A DNA stretch of 64,000 nucleotides, taken from Chrysomallon squamiferum (lineage: Eukaryota; Animalia; Mollusca). Below are positions 44,349 through 58,402 of the stretch, piece by piece (within the stretch, counting starts at the first letter, position 1; every line of letters begins with the position of its first letter). The notes below the pieces were generated by a model. It was not told the DNA's origin and did not search any database. It saw only the letters and a list, made by a program, of their open reading frames with translations. The stretch spans positions 30,380,001 through 30,444,000 of the forward strand of contig CM022672.1 in assembly GCA_012295275.1 (NCBI GenBank), given 5' to 3'. A program made the position numbers and the translations under genes.

Positions 44349-44652
44349 TTAAATTATTGTTTAGTTTGTTGTTTGTTGTTGTGTTTTCAATTTATTTTTG
44401 TTGATGATGTAAGTGATCTTTGTAATTTTTTATTTATGATGCAAGCCTACTCGTACTGGTGGTTAGAGCGACAAGTTGACGGGTGATGGTTCGCAGGATC
44501 TCGCCGCAGGGTGTACTCGCTGGCAGTTTGAATGGTCCTTAGCCAATCAAGGGCGCAGTGTAGCAATGATTTATTTATTTATTATTTTAACTTAAAGTAA
44601 AAAAATAAAATAAAAATAAAACATAAAAAAAGGTTAAAAAGAAACAACAAAA

Positions 44653-44711
<59 letters not shown>

Positions 44712-45274
44712 CTTTCAGTGATTAATGAAACTTACAAAGACATTTTATGTATTTACGGAGCACTGGGTTCAATGGGAAATAAACTGATTTAGCATCAGTA
44801 TAATTCGATCTGTGAACTGCAGAAAACCAAGTCAAACGCTTTAACTGCCTGCTCAGTTTATCTGCTTATAAAAAAAACTAGAACGTATTTTATTTAACGA
44901 TGCATTAAACACAATTAAAATAGACACATAATACAGTTATTTCGTTAAGGAAATTTAAGATAGCGACTGGGACTCTGGCAAGAAAATATATATAGTTTCA
45001 TACAAATAAAGCAAGGTCTGTTATCATGCGTATTATGTACACATTGCTGGGATGCTGAGAAAAAAAAAAAGTTGAAAGGGCGCACTGAAATTGGTCGATC
45101 GTACGTCGATTGAACATAAAAAACTTAAGAACATTTTAACTCTAGCAGTAGAGCACTGAATCTTAAAAAGCGGTCTGTGCATCCTTCACATCGACTAGGT
45201 CGACCCTTTATTCATTAATAAGTTACATTTTTTTTGGTTTTTAATTTTTTTTTTTTTTTTTTTTTGACCCTACG

Positions 45275-45534
45275 GTCCTAGAACATGCACCCGTCTGGCT
45301 TGTCTGCCAGTGTCTGCCAACAGACAAATTAGGAATACTTGAAGGAATTAAGTGAAAGTACGAGTGGGTGTATGAGGTGGGTAATTTGATGTAAAAGACA
45401 CTTAATAATATCCGCTGGTTGTAGGTGAACGATGTAGGAGGTCTTCGAGTGACTCTCAACACTGGCCTAAGAGACTGGTCAGCAGTGGTCACTTGCAGCT
45501 GTCAGGGAAATCTAAATGTTATACGTGTCGATAT
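45275..45534 (+). pseudogene. Decayed exon, immunoglobulin-domain-like
   Basis: Long poly-T tract plus TACGG (AG mutated?) and a GTAAGT donor. It reads VLEHAPVWLVCQCLPTDKLGILEGIK*KYEWV…NIRWL*VNDVGGLRVTLNTGLRDWSAVVTCSC…IRVD with Ig-like C…W…D..V.C spacing and three stops. Confidence 0.35.
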
Positions 45535-45749
45535 GTAAGTTTTCCACTCGAAAGAAGCCGATTCAGAAATAAAGAAAGACAAAAAACTGATTATAAAGAT
45601 CACAATATTTGATGTCATATAATTAAGAGTCTTGGTACGTATATATAAATATACACAACAAATTTTTATTTCTATGACGTCACGACTCCTCAAAAAGGTT
45701 TATTTATTATTTGTGTTGTTATTATCCTCTGATAATCACTATTATTATT

Positions 45750-45783
<34 letters not shown>

Positions 45784-46502
45784 TGTTGGTGGTGGTGGTG
45801 GTGGTGTTGTTAGTTGTTGTGCTATAGTGATTTAAAGACGTTCTTTTACTATTATATTTCCTAATCAATTAAGACTAGAATAACAAATAAAATAAAATAA
45901 AGTTAAATAAACTAAAATATTTAATAGAAGTGGTTTTAACGCTAACATATTTTACATATAAAGTCGATGTGAAAATTTCGGCCAAGATATGTGATAACTT
46001 TACATTTATAGCCACGTGTAATTAGTGTCAACAAATTATACTTTCCCCTGCTACAAAATTGTAGCTGTTGCTGTCTCAGTGATCTTTCTCAGTTAGATTT
46101 CAAGGAATATAAAACATTAATGACGTCGTAGGGCTCCATCCACATTGTACAGCGACTGTGTTGACGCTAATCTGTAATTAAGCTAATATTTTATTTACAG
46201 TTTTGTGAACGATTGTCCGATGGCATAAACTTTTGAAACGGTCGATATAGACATTTCTCAGTTAAAGTATTTGTATGTTTTAGAATATATTTAGCTGTTG
46301 TTTGATGTTTATAATATGTTTATAATAGTATGTAATGTGTTTGCGTGTGCGTGCGTGGATACGTGGAAATGCCTAGATACATTTATTTGTAGATATATCT
46401 CAGTGGGTAATGATAGATTAGATATATTATGACGATGATGATAATGTTGACAAAACAAGAACACACACACACAAACGTATGAATATAATTATTAGGTGTA
46501 TG

Positions 46503-46552
<50 letters not shown>

Positions 46553-47017
46553 ATTTATTTTTAAGTTTTATATTCGTTCACCTCATACGTATTTAAACGA
46601 ATCTTAGGTTTACGTCTAATAAAACTTCCGACACGAAACCCTGCTATCGTATGACGCAGGAGTCAAAGGTCACTGACCAATAGTCTCCCGTTAATAAGAC
46701 AATAGAGTTAAAAATTTACAATTTACAAAAATAAAAATTGTGAAATAATTAAGAATTACCAGACTTCTCGTCTGCTTTTGTCTCTCGGGTCTGTCGTCTG
46801 TTCGTCTGATTGGTGTTTAACAAATCGTGCTTCGTGAAAGATGTTTGATCAACAATGGTTATATTTTGTCATGAATATCTCTGTTTTAAATTTTAATGAA
46901 AAAGAATAAAAAAATTAATCAATAAAAATATAATAATAATAATTTAGCCTCTATTATATGCATATGTATGTGTGTGTGTCTTAATGATAGTGATTTTTTA
47001 TTTGTATTTACATGCTG

Positions 47018-47071
<54 letters not shown>

Positions 47072-47819
47072 TGTAGTAGCAGTAGCATAATAAAACAAAC
47101 AAAAATTGTCGCCAGTTTAACACCGTTTGACCTTTCCCATCTTGACCCGATTTCCCGGATAAAGACGTTAAGCACACAAACGCAGAATTTTACACTAAAT
47201 TACACCAAGTTTCTACACGTCAGAAACATTTGTTGAGAACAGTTGGTAAGCTGTAATTGTTAGGATTTGCTCTGATTGTTTTATAAATTCTTGTTTTTAC
47301 CTGTTGAATAAACCAATGTTTGTTTATGAAGTGTCAGTATTTCCTATATAATCGCTTATTATGTATGAACTTAATATTGTATGATTGTTGTTGATGTCGT
47401 TGCAGTCGAATAACGTCAATTGTTATTATTATAATTTACTTTACATGATTAATAATGTTGTTGTTATTGTTATTGTTATTATTATTATTATTGTTGTTGT
47501 TATTACTGTTGTTGTTGTTATTATTATTATTACTTACTTTCTTACTTATTTAATTAGTTACTTACTTTATAGGATTAATAATAATATTGTCGTTGTTGTT
47601 GATGATGATACTATTTTTAATTCTACTTTGATCTGTTCTTGACAATACGTTGTTTTGTTTTTGTCGATCATCAGCAGTAACTATTATTTATTTATTATCA
47701 TTTTTTTTAAATTTACGTTCACTTTTCTCTGGATTAAAATTTCCACAAATTCATATTTTTGATGCCAGTTACAACAGGAGACAGTGAAACACGCATCGTG
47801 GTGTTTGGTGAGTAGTTAT

Positions 47820-47932
47820 AGCGAAGTAGTTTAGTAAGCGAAGTAGTCTAGTAAGAAGTAGTCTGGTAAGAAGTAGTCTAGTAAGAAGTAGTCTGGTAAG
47901 AAGTAGTCTAGTAAGAAGTAGTCTAGTAAGCG
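47820..47932 (+). repeat. 15-bp minisatellite, ~7 units
   Basis: (GTAAGAAGTAGTCT[A/G])n; this explains the LLDYF repeat ORF. Confidence 0.95.
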
Positions 47933-48619
47933 AGGTTTGATCTCACGATCAGCAACATCTGAAAACAAAGCTCTAATCCCAAAGCTGCAGCCAGATCCGT
48001 GAAAACAGAGCAGATTCGTGATTTCTCTACTCACGCGTCGTGACAAACTGACAGAGCAAATGACTCATTTGGTTTAGAGAGAATATAAGAACAATCAACA
48101 GATCCATTATAATCATCATCATAAATTAACCGTTTGAAAAGTACTTACTAGCCAGAGTCGTACCGCATCGTGAACATGTGACAGACTCGCACGTGTCCTC
48201 ATCTTTTTGGTTGTCACAGAGGAAAGAGTCCAAGGATATCTGTGTCATGACCTGCAGTCAGGAATGTAGTGGATGTTACATCAAAAGGTGAAATAGGTAA
48301 AAACCAACACACTTCATTTCAAAATTGCCTGAATTTTATGAATTGTACAAATAAATGTTTTGTTTTGGAATGAACGTGAGAGGCTATTGAAGACTACCAG
48401 TTTTAATTCAGATTGAAAACAAAATATAATTTTTTATTACATAATTGTGCATGATGGGCGTTACCGTGACGGATGTTACATTTTTGTCTGCTAACATAAA
48501 ATGAAGTTCTTTGTCCGCATTATGCAGTGCCTGGTTCACTGTTGTGATGATAAAATCATTTTAATGCATGACTGAGATGATAACATGGTTTTACATCAAA
48601 GGCGTGATTAATAACAACG

Positions 48620-49420
48620 GAGCATCTCTCGATCAGTCGTCAGGATGAAGGGGGACACAGCGATCATCCTCAGTGGCGAGGACGTGGACCCGAGCAGTTC
48701 CTCTGATGTTTGGGGCATCAATAAACACCTCTTTCAATATGAGGACCTCATTTCGTTTATCTATATCTGAGGTATTCATTTCAAATACACTGACCTGTGG
48801 CTTGTCCCTAAGAACCTCAACAAAGGAAGATGGATGCTTCGCCACCATTGTTTTCCTTTATTTCGCTGAAGTCCAGATATATGATTTTACAGCGCCACCT
48901 ATACCATCAACAAGCACCTTGCCAACAGGCATCTTGAAAAGTGACAAAGAAATTCCAGAGAATGTTTTCTTATTTACTTCTCTAGCGAAATCACAGCAGT
49001 TGTTATGAAGGTGTTATTTAGTTGTGACAGTGGTCCATCAAATCAAATCAATACAGTTTTGGTTGAATTGTGGATTATTTCCAAGAGCTTGGCAAGATAT
49101 GCTATGACAGTGTCGTTCGAATGTGTAAAAGCATCAGATTCTGTTACAAATGAGTGCAGCAGGCCAGTATGCTACATGAATACTTTGTATCTCATTCTAG
49201 TATCGACACGTATAATACAAAAGTGCTCCATAAACTGGAGCAATAAGGAGGAAATGTAGAGGCGCAAATCATCAGTTGTTCCCTCTCCTACTATCTTTGA
49301 AATTCTATCATCTGAATCATTCTTTACGTACCAAGTCACTTTCGCTATCTCATCCTTGTTAGTCCTGGCCATGACAAGTTTTCCGTCCTTGCAGTGTTAG
49401 CAGTTGTTAAAGAGTCTGTG
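48620..49420 (-). mobile_element. Decayed DDD transposase, Sola2-like
   Basis: Minus-strand fragments with stops and frameshifts: FNNC*HCKDG…KVTWYV…GEGTTDDLRLYI…FMEHF; SFVTESDAFTHSNDTVIAYL…VLI*FDGPLSQL; LWNFFVT…GKVLVDGIGGAVKSYIW. These fit the SD..H, SDG..SQFKN and FF..HGKG..DG.GG..K motifs. Confidence 0.8.
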
Positions 49421-49839
49421 GAAACGATGCTTCAAGTGTTCGTTTATCAAGGGTTATTGTTTTATCAAGGACTGGGCTCATTTGAGTGCATCCAGCCTTC
49501 ATTGTCTCTGCTCTTTACGTGAAGTTCTGTGCTTTGCTCCGCATCTACTTTCTTAAAATCTTCCTTCCCATTTCTTTACTGTTCTGTCTACATATAATTT
49601 TTGCCTGTCATTAATTATCATTTTATTATAAAACCTGTGTTTACTTTGTAATACTCTTATCTTTTTCTTGGTCTGAAAATAATAATGTTTCAGAACACCA
49701 TGGACAATTGAATACATACCATTGTGGATGTTGTGTGTGTGTGTGTGTGTGTGTTTATTTATTTTTACGTGTAACTTTCTCTGGATAAGAATTCTTTCAA
49801 ATATTCAAATGTTAGTTATAATGAATTATGCAAATTGCG

Positions 49840-49942
49840 GATCCGTTATCCTAAATATGGAAATCTGAAACTTTTTCTTTACAAGTAATATCTTACTGTT
49901 TTCGGATTGGAATGCATACACAGACTTTATTTTATGCACAGA

Positions 49943-49992
<50 letters not shown>

Positions 49993-50150
49993 TATTAATA
50001 ATAATGTCTGCAGACTATTTGTACAAGAATTATAAATGGAATTCTTATGTAGACATAGATCCTATTCTTAGGCTATTTCCTTATAGTCTCAACATTTTAA
50101 AAGTTCTGAAATCCGGAATGCTACTGGTCTAGTTATCTGCATAACAAGCT
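49840..50150 (-). mobile_element. Tigger4-like remnant interrupted by (TAA)n
   Basis: Reverse-complement similarity to 28095-28385. Confidence 0.5.
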
Positions 50151-51324
50151 CTACAACAACAAACTACTGCTCAACAGAAATGATATCTTTTAGTTAGCAG
50201 TTTAACTGTCATCATTGTCATAAAAAGCAACCGCTTGAAAAGTACTTTCCAGCCACATCAGGTACCAGCCTTGTCCACAAACGAGGGGATCGGGCTGTGC
50301 TTCAGTGGTCAGAGAGTACTTGGACGTATTGACATTCTTTGGTTAAAGTGTGTGGGGAAAAAGATGTAAAAACAGAAATAACAGTTTCTTATTGATTTGT
50401 TCAAAATTTATCTTCCGATTGTTTTCCATGAACTTTGAGGCACTTGCACCCCGCCCCGCCCCACCCCATCCCGCTCCTGGGTTTTACGACCTGCGAGAGG
50501 ATGATGTTTTTGTTTTATATGTGACGGGTCTTATGATCTATCAGTGTAAGAGTCCACATTAGACCATTTCCCACGTCGAGTTTGTCAGGCGCTTTGATTT
50601 ACGCTTTCCTATGTTCTGTCTTCTGTGCGGAATGCTGGCCACAACAAGAACAGATACATTTTTAAAGACGATGTAAAAAATATTCCAAAAGAAATGTCCA
50701 TTTTATTAAAGACCCACAAGATTACTTTTACTCACACACAAACAGCAGCGCATCGTTCAGAGATCCCGTGAGCAGACGTCGTTTGTCGACGTTTCCCACA
50801 CCGTCTCGCCAAATGCAGGAACCTGGCGAAAAAAGTCCCCGAGGCGATATAAACATTGATTCACCCTCCCGAATTAATACACATTTCCTTGTCACGGTCG
50901 CTTCTCTTCGATTAAATGACGTAGAAACTGTTACACTGATAACAAATAAAATAATTACGTTTTTGTCGTTAAAGAATAACTCTGATGATGCAAATAAAAT
51001 ATAATTTTATCTTATAAATTCCTAAATGATTGTTTTATTAACTGTTTTGTATACTGAATCCATCCTTTGCCAGTAATAAAGTGTTATAAATTCTCAGATA
51101 ATGCACGTAATACACCATAATTTTTTTTTGTTTTTTCTTTCATAAATGAGGTTCATAAACATCAGTTGTTACTCACAGAAGGAAGCACATACCGATGAGT
51201 GTGTTTCTGTCGACTAATCTTTCCTAGTAATAAAGTATGTCATTAATTTAAGAGATCTAAGGAAATTCCTGCTATTTTGTTGGTTCGTGTAAAGTGGCGT
51301 TCTCATATAATCATTCATGAAACA

Positions 51325-51442
<118 letters not shown>

Positions 51443-52129
51443 TTGATTACGTCATTTAATAAAACATTCTTTCTTCCTTATTGGCTAAACATCACTGATG
51501 TACTTTAAACCACTGCCATGATACACAAGATAAAGTGTTGCTTTGCGATTTTGTCTGTGTCAAAAAAAACAGTAACATGTTTTGTTAGTGCAGATAGGTA
51601 ACGGAAGACCACATTTGTATGCAGTCATCAACGATAACACACACAGTTCATTGTTTTATGGCAGTACGGAAAGGTTGCGCTTAGCTTGAAGCCAACGAAT
51701 TTATTTCAGCGAAAATTATCGAGAGAGGATTTCTATTACTCGGTCATTAACCGATATCCTCAAACTGCGCGCGAAAGCTGTGGTCGGTCATTACTGGTTT
51801 AAAGTGGCCCAAAGCAGACGACTTCCGTTATTATTAATAATACAGTGCCGCGCTGAAAATAAGGGTTTTATTGAAAAGTTGAAATTGATTTTAAAAATAT
51901 CCCGCTAAATTAATCGAATAAAAATAATAATACTAAAATACTAAAATAAAATAAATTAAAAAAAAAAAAATAAATAAATAAAATAATTTAAAAATAAAAA
52001 TCAATTCCAACCAAATAAATAATTATATAAATAAATAAATAAATAAATAAAAATTAAATAAATAAAATTAAATAATATAAAATTAAAGTAATAAATAAAA
52101 TGAAATAATGCATTTTTGTGGAGATCAAA

Positions 52130-52164
<35 letters not shown>

Positions 52165-52665
52165 AATAAATAGATAAATAAATACTACTGATACTACTCT
52201 AGTACTACCACCACCACCACCACTACTACTACTACAAATAAACTGACACATATTGCATCAGAAAGAAAACGATATCTAAAAAAAAAAAAAAATGAAGCAT
52301 CTTATTGTTGTACTTTTATTGGCTCAATGTGAAACGAAAACATTACCATCGACATCAACGGCAGCAGCAATAGTAATAACTGGCTTCCCTGAATGAATAA
52401 ATGAAGGAATAAGCAAATAATTCATTATTATTCAATTAGAGTTTCTTATAATGAAAAATTGAATATGTCCGTCATGAATGAATGAATGAATAATAATAAT
52501 AATAATAATTTACATTAACAACAACAACAACAACAACAATAATAATAATAATAATTAATAACAAGAACGACAACAACAGCAACAATAATAATGATGATTA
52601 TGTATGTGGTAATGACAATGACAATGATTATAACGATGATGAAGATAATAATGATGATAATAATA

Positions 52666-53381
52666 CAGTGGTACCTTGACTTACGAACTTAATTCGTTCC
52701 GTGCCCGAGCTCGTAAGTCAATTTGCTCATATATCAAATCAATTTTCCCAAATTAAATTAATTGAAATACCATTAATCCGTTCCAGCCCCCCCCCCAGAC
52801 CACCCCAATTTTGTGTAAATGCAAATATTGTACAACGGTACAAAGAAAATAAAAAAAATAAAAAATGTAAAATAATAAATTGGTTTTGTATTATTCATGG
52901 TCAGGGTTTCTCCATCTTTTCATGGAGAGAGGTCCACAGCTTGGAAATTATTTTAATGCCTTTGGCTGGAGTTACAGCTTTTATCGACTTCTTCTCCTTC
53001 AGTATGGTACATATCGTAGCAGTATTACGCTCGTACTGCCTAGCCATGTTGACTGCACACCTCTCTCGTGTTTTTCTATGATTTCATGCTTTAATTCAAT
53101 GGACATCATCCGCTTCTTCTTCTCAGCACTCTCCTTTGCATTTTCTTACGATCCTTGGAAATTTGGCAAAATACGGCACAAAACGCGAGCACAACACAAC
53201 AGAGATGCTTCCGCGGCGAGATAACCACGTTAAGTAAACGAATGAGACGAAGGATGCTGGGCGGATGTTGTGTTGTTCGTTGCGCCAAGTAGCGGCTGAG
53301 TTTTTGAAGCTCGCTCGTAATTCGGATTTTGGCTCGCAACTCAAAGCAAAAAATCGGAAATCTCGTAAGTTAGTACCACTG
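52666..53381 (-). mobile_element. Internally deleted Tigger/pogo (TIGD1-like) DNA transposon, 716 bp
   Basis: TA flanks at 52664-65 and 53382-83. TIRs are CAGTGGTACCTTGACTTACGA and CAGTGGTACTAACTTACGA. The minus strand encodes a frameshifted CENP-B/psq-type HTH: SAEKKKRMMSIELKHEIIEKHERGV / VNMARQYERNTATICTILKEKKSIKAVTPAKGIKIISKLWTSLHEKMEK. Confidence 0.93.
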
Positions 53382-54759
53382 TATAACGATAATAAATTGA
53401 TAATTTCCATTGTTAAGTAGGCCAAATCCTCTTGACCACACACACACCAATTTTAACCTACTCGTTTGCAAACCTACTTGCCTTCGTACTTTTTATCTTA
53501 CAGTGAAACTGAAGTCACAAGGCCCAATGATATGACGTCATGTGATCGTCTCTACGTAGGTAGTATAAGTTTGATTATTTTATTTTATTTTATTCATTTT
53601 TGTTCCCGCTTAATTATTATTTTAGGTACTTCTGAAGTTAAATAATTCATGCACTTTTTTTTTAATGTGGCCTGTGTATGTTTATATGTATGTATGTATG
53701 TGTATATATATATATGTATGTATGTTTCAAAACAGGGATAACGTTAAGGCAATTAGATCATTTTACTTTTAATTTAAAATAAAATTTTGTTTTCATCATT
53801 TCGTCTCGGTATTGTTCACTGATCATAGGCTTGTGTGAATTTTTTTTTTTTTTTTTTTTAGTGACGTCATGTTTATCACATGACATCACAACGTTCAGAA
53901 CAAGTGATTTTCTAATATTTTGTAAATGATTAAATGCGTGATGGAAATGGAGGGACTTGGAAACGTGGTAGAAGCTGACCCCCCACCATACGTTTTTAAT
54001 TTCCAATTTATGTCTAATTTGTGTGCCAGATTGGTTTCAGAGACATTTATTTAGCAAAACAGTATCACAGAGTGGAAATATCTGGCAAGATTTGTAAATT
54101 TTAGAATAGTGAAGCCACGTTCAAAATAAACCATAATGTAAACGCTTAGCTAATAGTCTTTTCTTTTTTTTCTTTTTTCCCTTTCTTCGAAACATGCTTA
54201 GATCCTAAAACATATTTCCACCAGTGGATTAAATATCTAATTTATTGTATTTTTTTTTTCTTTCTTTCTTTCTTCTTCTTCTTCCTCTCTCTCTATATAT
54301 TTAGATTATTATTATTTTCTAAATCTTCTTAATAATGATCTTGTTTCCATGCAAAATGATACAGAAAAACAACAACGAATCAAATAATAATATTACCATT
54401 TTTTTATTTGAAGTTAATAAGCTTCAAGGAATAAATTGAATAATTAAATATACAATAACATTACACAAATTCCCTTTTCACATTTATTCTTCATATTGTA
54501 GATATTATCTCAATATCCCTACAACTCGTGTACAAATATATATCTTAAAATATTCTTTTCTTTCTATTTTTGTTTTCAAAATAGTGTTTCTTGATTTTTA
54601 AAACATCGGAATCTACACTTTTCGTTGGAATTTTTGAAATATATCAACAAAAATCTGTAAAATGAAAAAAAAAAAAAAAAAAAAAATCATAATAATAATA
54701 TTTTTTAAAAATGAGCTCTTTTTAATGATCTAAATTCTAAACATAATGAAAATGTTTAC

Positions 54760-54792
<33 letters not shown>

Positions 54793-55163
54793 AAAATAAA
54801 ATTTAAAAAAAATAAAGAAAAGAAATTAAATGAACGTGAAGGTTAACTTGCTAAAAATATTGAATTTTAATACGTTTTCACATCTCGCTAAAAGAATCCA
54901 TAAAAGTTAGTATTGAAACTAAGAGCTGTCCATTAACCTAATAAATAATGTAAAAGCCATTATTTTAAATTACTGTGCTAAAACTCGAGATAGAAGTGTA
55001 TTCAAAACAACGAAAACACGCAAAAGTAAAATAATAGTCACTAATTGATTGATAAAAGAGTATTTTTGAAGGGGTAAAAAGAAAACAACACCCCCAAAAA
55101 AAAACAATAACAAAAATCAACAAAAAATCCCAAACAAGTTCAACAGATATATATTTGTGTGTG

Positions 55164-55206
<43 letters not shown>

Positions 55207-55208
55207 CA

Positions 55209-55262
<54 letters not shown>

Positions 55263-55417
55263 TTTAAAACCCTAAAAAACAAACACCCACCAAAAAAACC
55301 AACAAAACAAAAACAATCACCAACGATAAGAATTGCATAGTCCATAATCACATCCAAATAGCTTCCATTAATTTATTTAACAGGGACTGAAAAGTAAACA
55401 CAGTTTGTATTTCTGTC

Positions 55418-55456
<39 letters not shown>

Positions 55457-55642
55457 AACCAAAGAAAGAATTAATTTATTTCTATCTAAATACTGTTATT
55501 ACTTTAGATGAATATAATACTTTTTGTCCAAGAGTTTTTAATTTTTACAATCAAACTGTTTTCATTTGCTCCTGTCTTTAATAAATACAAGCAACAACAA
55601 ACAATTTAAACAAATAAATTAACTAATGAATAAATAAACAGG

Positions 55643-55719
<77 letters not shown>

Positions 55720-55874
55720 ATAAAATTTAATAAAGACACTTGAACACCTAATAATTTTCCCAGAGAAGACAAGATGATAATTTACAGTGAGCCAGCAGTA
55801 TGCACGTGCATAGTGAACGTATTGCAGCAGTGATAAATAATTGTATAACCACATTAACTACATTTCATAATGAC

Positions 55875-55935
<61 letters not shown>

Positions 55936-56550
55936 AAAAAATAGAAGGACTAACAAAAACGTACAGTGTGTCCGATATAACAGGACGAAGGATCGGTGAT
56001 TGTGACAGCCGAAACAAATCTGTAAAAATGGAAATGTTTTGAAACACGTTAACACGCTCATTTCAGTAATTTATAACATGAAGTGTTTAGTTAAACAGTT
56101 CACAGATCACAGACGCTAATCTGACATCACACGTGAGGAATGCATAGGTATTGTTTGCTGTCCAAAATCACGCACAGCTAGCGCCATCTGTCGAATACCG
56201 CGCGAATCACTGAAGGCTTACTAACCCCACCCTAACTCAGTCCCAGGAGAAGGGAAGACATTTTTCTTACCCTAAAGGAATTAGACCAGCAAACTTTTGT
56301 TCTGTGTTTCTCGAATCTCTTGAATTGATGGTTTACTGTTTTATGTTATTTTTTAAAAAATGCTGAAAAATATTTTCACATAATAAATACATTAACAATA
56401 AGTAAATTTATCAGATATTAAAATATCCGTCATGATTAAGACTATCATTATTATTATTATTATTATTATTACTATTATTATTATTATTATTACTATTACT
56501 AATACTACTATTATAATTCTGTATATTCTATATTATTATTATTATTATTA

Positions 56551-56581
<31 letters not shown>

Positions 56582-57071
56582 CTTTTAAGTTTAAATACGG
56601 ATAATCTAAACGACATAGATAAAATATCATAAAAAAACCCAGACTGTACCCAGGCATCGATATAAATATAAACAACAAATAATCAATATTTTGTAATATT
56701 AAAATAAGTCAGTTTGTTCATGAATACCACAACCTATATTATCGTTCGACAGACACATATTTTATAGTTGGTTAGTGGGGTATACAAACTAGTACACTAT
56801 TAACATTCACTTGTTATTATTTAATTCTTCATAACGTGTATTCGTGACACTGCAGGCTGACATTGTGTGTGTATATCCAGGTAACTGTTTTTTTTTACTC
56901 TTTTTCTTAGTTTAGATGACAATATTACCAGTCAAGGACGATTAACGCAGGCCGCCATGTTATTATAATTATTATTATTACGTTGTGCGTCGTATACATA
57001 TGTTCTCTCGTGACGTCATATTTATACTGGACAGATTCGGATACAAATTCTGAAAAATAATGACAACGATA

Positions 57072-57120
57072 CAGGTTGAGAATCCTCTATCCGAATTTTT
57101 ACGGATTTCGAAATATTTCG
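57072..57120 (+). mobile_element. Tigger4-like terminal fragment
   Basis: TA|CAGGTTGAGAATCCTCTATCCGAA…CGGATTTCG. Confidence 0.5.
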
Positions 57121-57822
57121 TCAACGTTTTTATCATACTGTATAGGAGCGTACAAAAATATAGTCTCGTATATCTGACAAACAGAGGCACGTTTTAAAAT
57201 AGAAAAATAATATATGAACAATGCTTTCACCTATCAGCAATCATCACCATCATCATTATTATTATTAAAATTAGCAAAATGATAACAAAATATCAACTGT
57301 CTTCGGCTGAATAAAGGACGAGAGTGATATATTTCATCAAAACTTTCCAAATTAATTTCTCTCATTCCTTTCAAAAGTTATTATTCTTCGTTTTTAAAAT
57401 AAACATAAATAAACTTTACATATAATCTAGAAATCAAAGACATATCTTGCTGCATAATTATAGAAATGATAAAAAAAAAAAAAAATGTTCTTTAAAATAT
57501 ATCTATAATTATATGCTAACTATTGCTACCGTAAAAAACATTTTTTATTCTTATTTTTTATTTTTTTTATTAAATTTTTTTATGATAAAAAATTTGCTAA
57601 TTGTCAAATTTATAAATACTGAAATTATCGGCAGTAATTTTCTTTTTCTTTTAAAACTTCTATCTACGTAATCTAAGTAATATTTCGAAACTTGTCCTAA
57701 TTTTTTTTTTTTTTCATTTTAAAATAAATAAATAAATAAAAAAAAAAAATAAAAATAAAACAACACACATTTACACACTCACATAAACACAGGTACACTA
57801 ACCCAAACAGTCATAGTAAGAT

Positions 57823-57853
<31 letters not shown>

Positions 57854-58029
57854 AGTAAAGTCATATTTATAAAATGTGGAGGAAAAAAAAAAAGTAATAA
57901 CAAATAAATAAAAATAATAATAATAATCCGACCCTAAAATAAATCCATCACTCTTGTTATATTCAGCATTTCTCAAAAGAAAAAAAAACAACAACAAAAA
58001 AGCCCAAATGTGTGTTGGTTACTGCCTTC

Positions 58030-58402
58030 GAAATCGGACGATTCCGTACAGCGTCGACACTTTCCGACTTAATTCGATCTCCGGACGCAGAAAGAGTGTT
58101 GGGTGATGATGCTTTTAATGGCGACGAAGTACGTTATATCTCCTCGCCTCCACTGAATAACACAGTAGTCAGACCACAGACAGCTTTGTAACAGTGTGAT
58201 TCTAATCGTCATGAAGTAAAACAGTTCTGTTTGAAAACTCGTAGGACCACATCCGAATGTACACAAGACTCCAAAAGCCACACACGCACACAAAGATGGC
58301 GAGGATTCGACCTGACCCCGCGTGACGAAACTTCTTCAGCACGTGCTCCTTGAATCCTCTGTTACGGCAGACGACAGCAAGAAGAACTAGGATTACAATC
58401 AC
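58030..58402 (-). pseudogene. Decayed exon, adhesion/secretin-class GPCR TM5-TM7-like
   Basis: After the acceptor ACTTCAG| it reads VIVILVLLAVVCRNRGFKEHVLKKFRHAGSGRILAIFVC / frameshift / VAFGVLCTFGCGPTSFQTELFYFMTIRITLLQSCLWSDYCVIQW. This resembles TM6 LGxxWxFG and TM7 YLFTI..SLQG..IF..YC. Confidence 0.5.

Noticed and set aside
56179-56193. CTCF-like site (CGACAGATGGCGCTA, minus strand)
   Set aside because: A single partial motif match, expected by chance and untestable from sequence alone.
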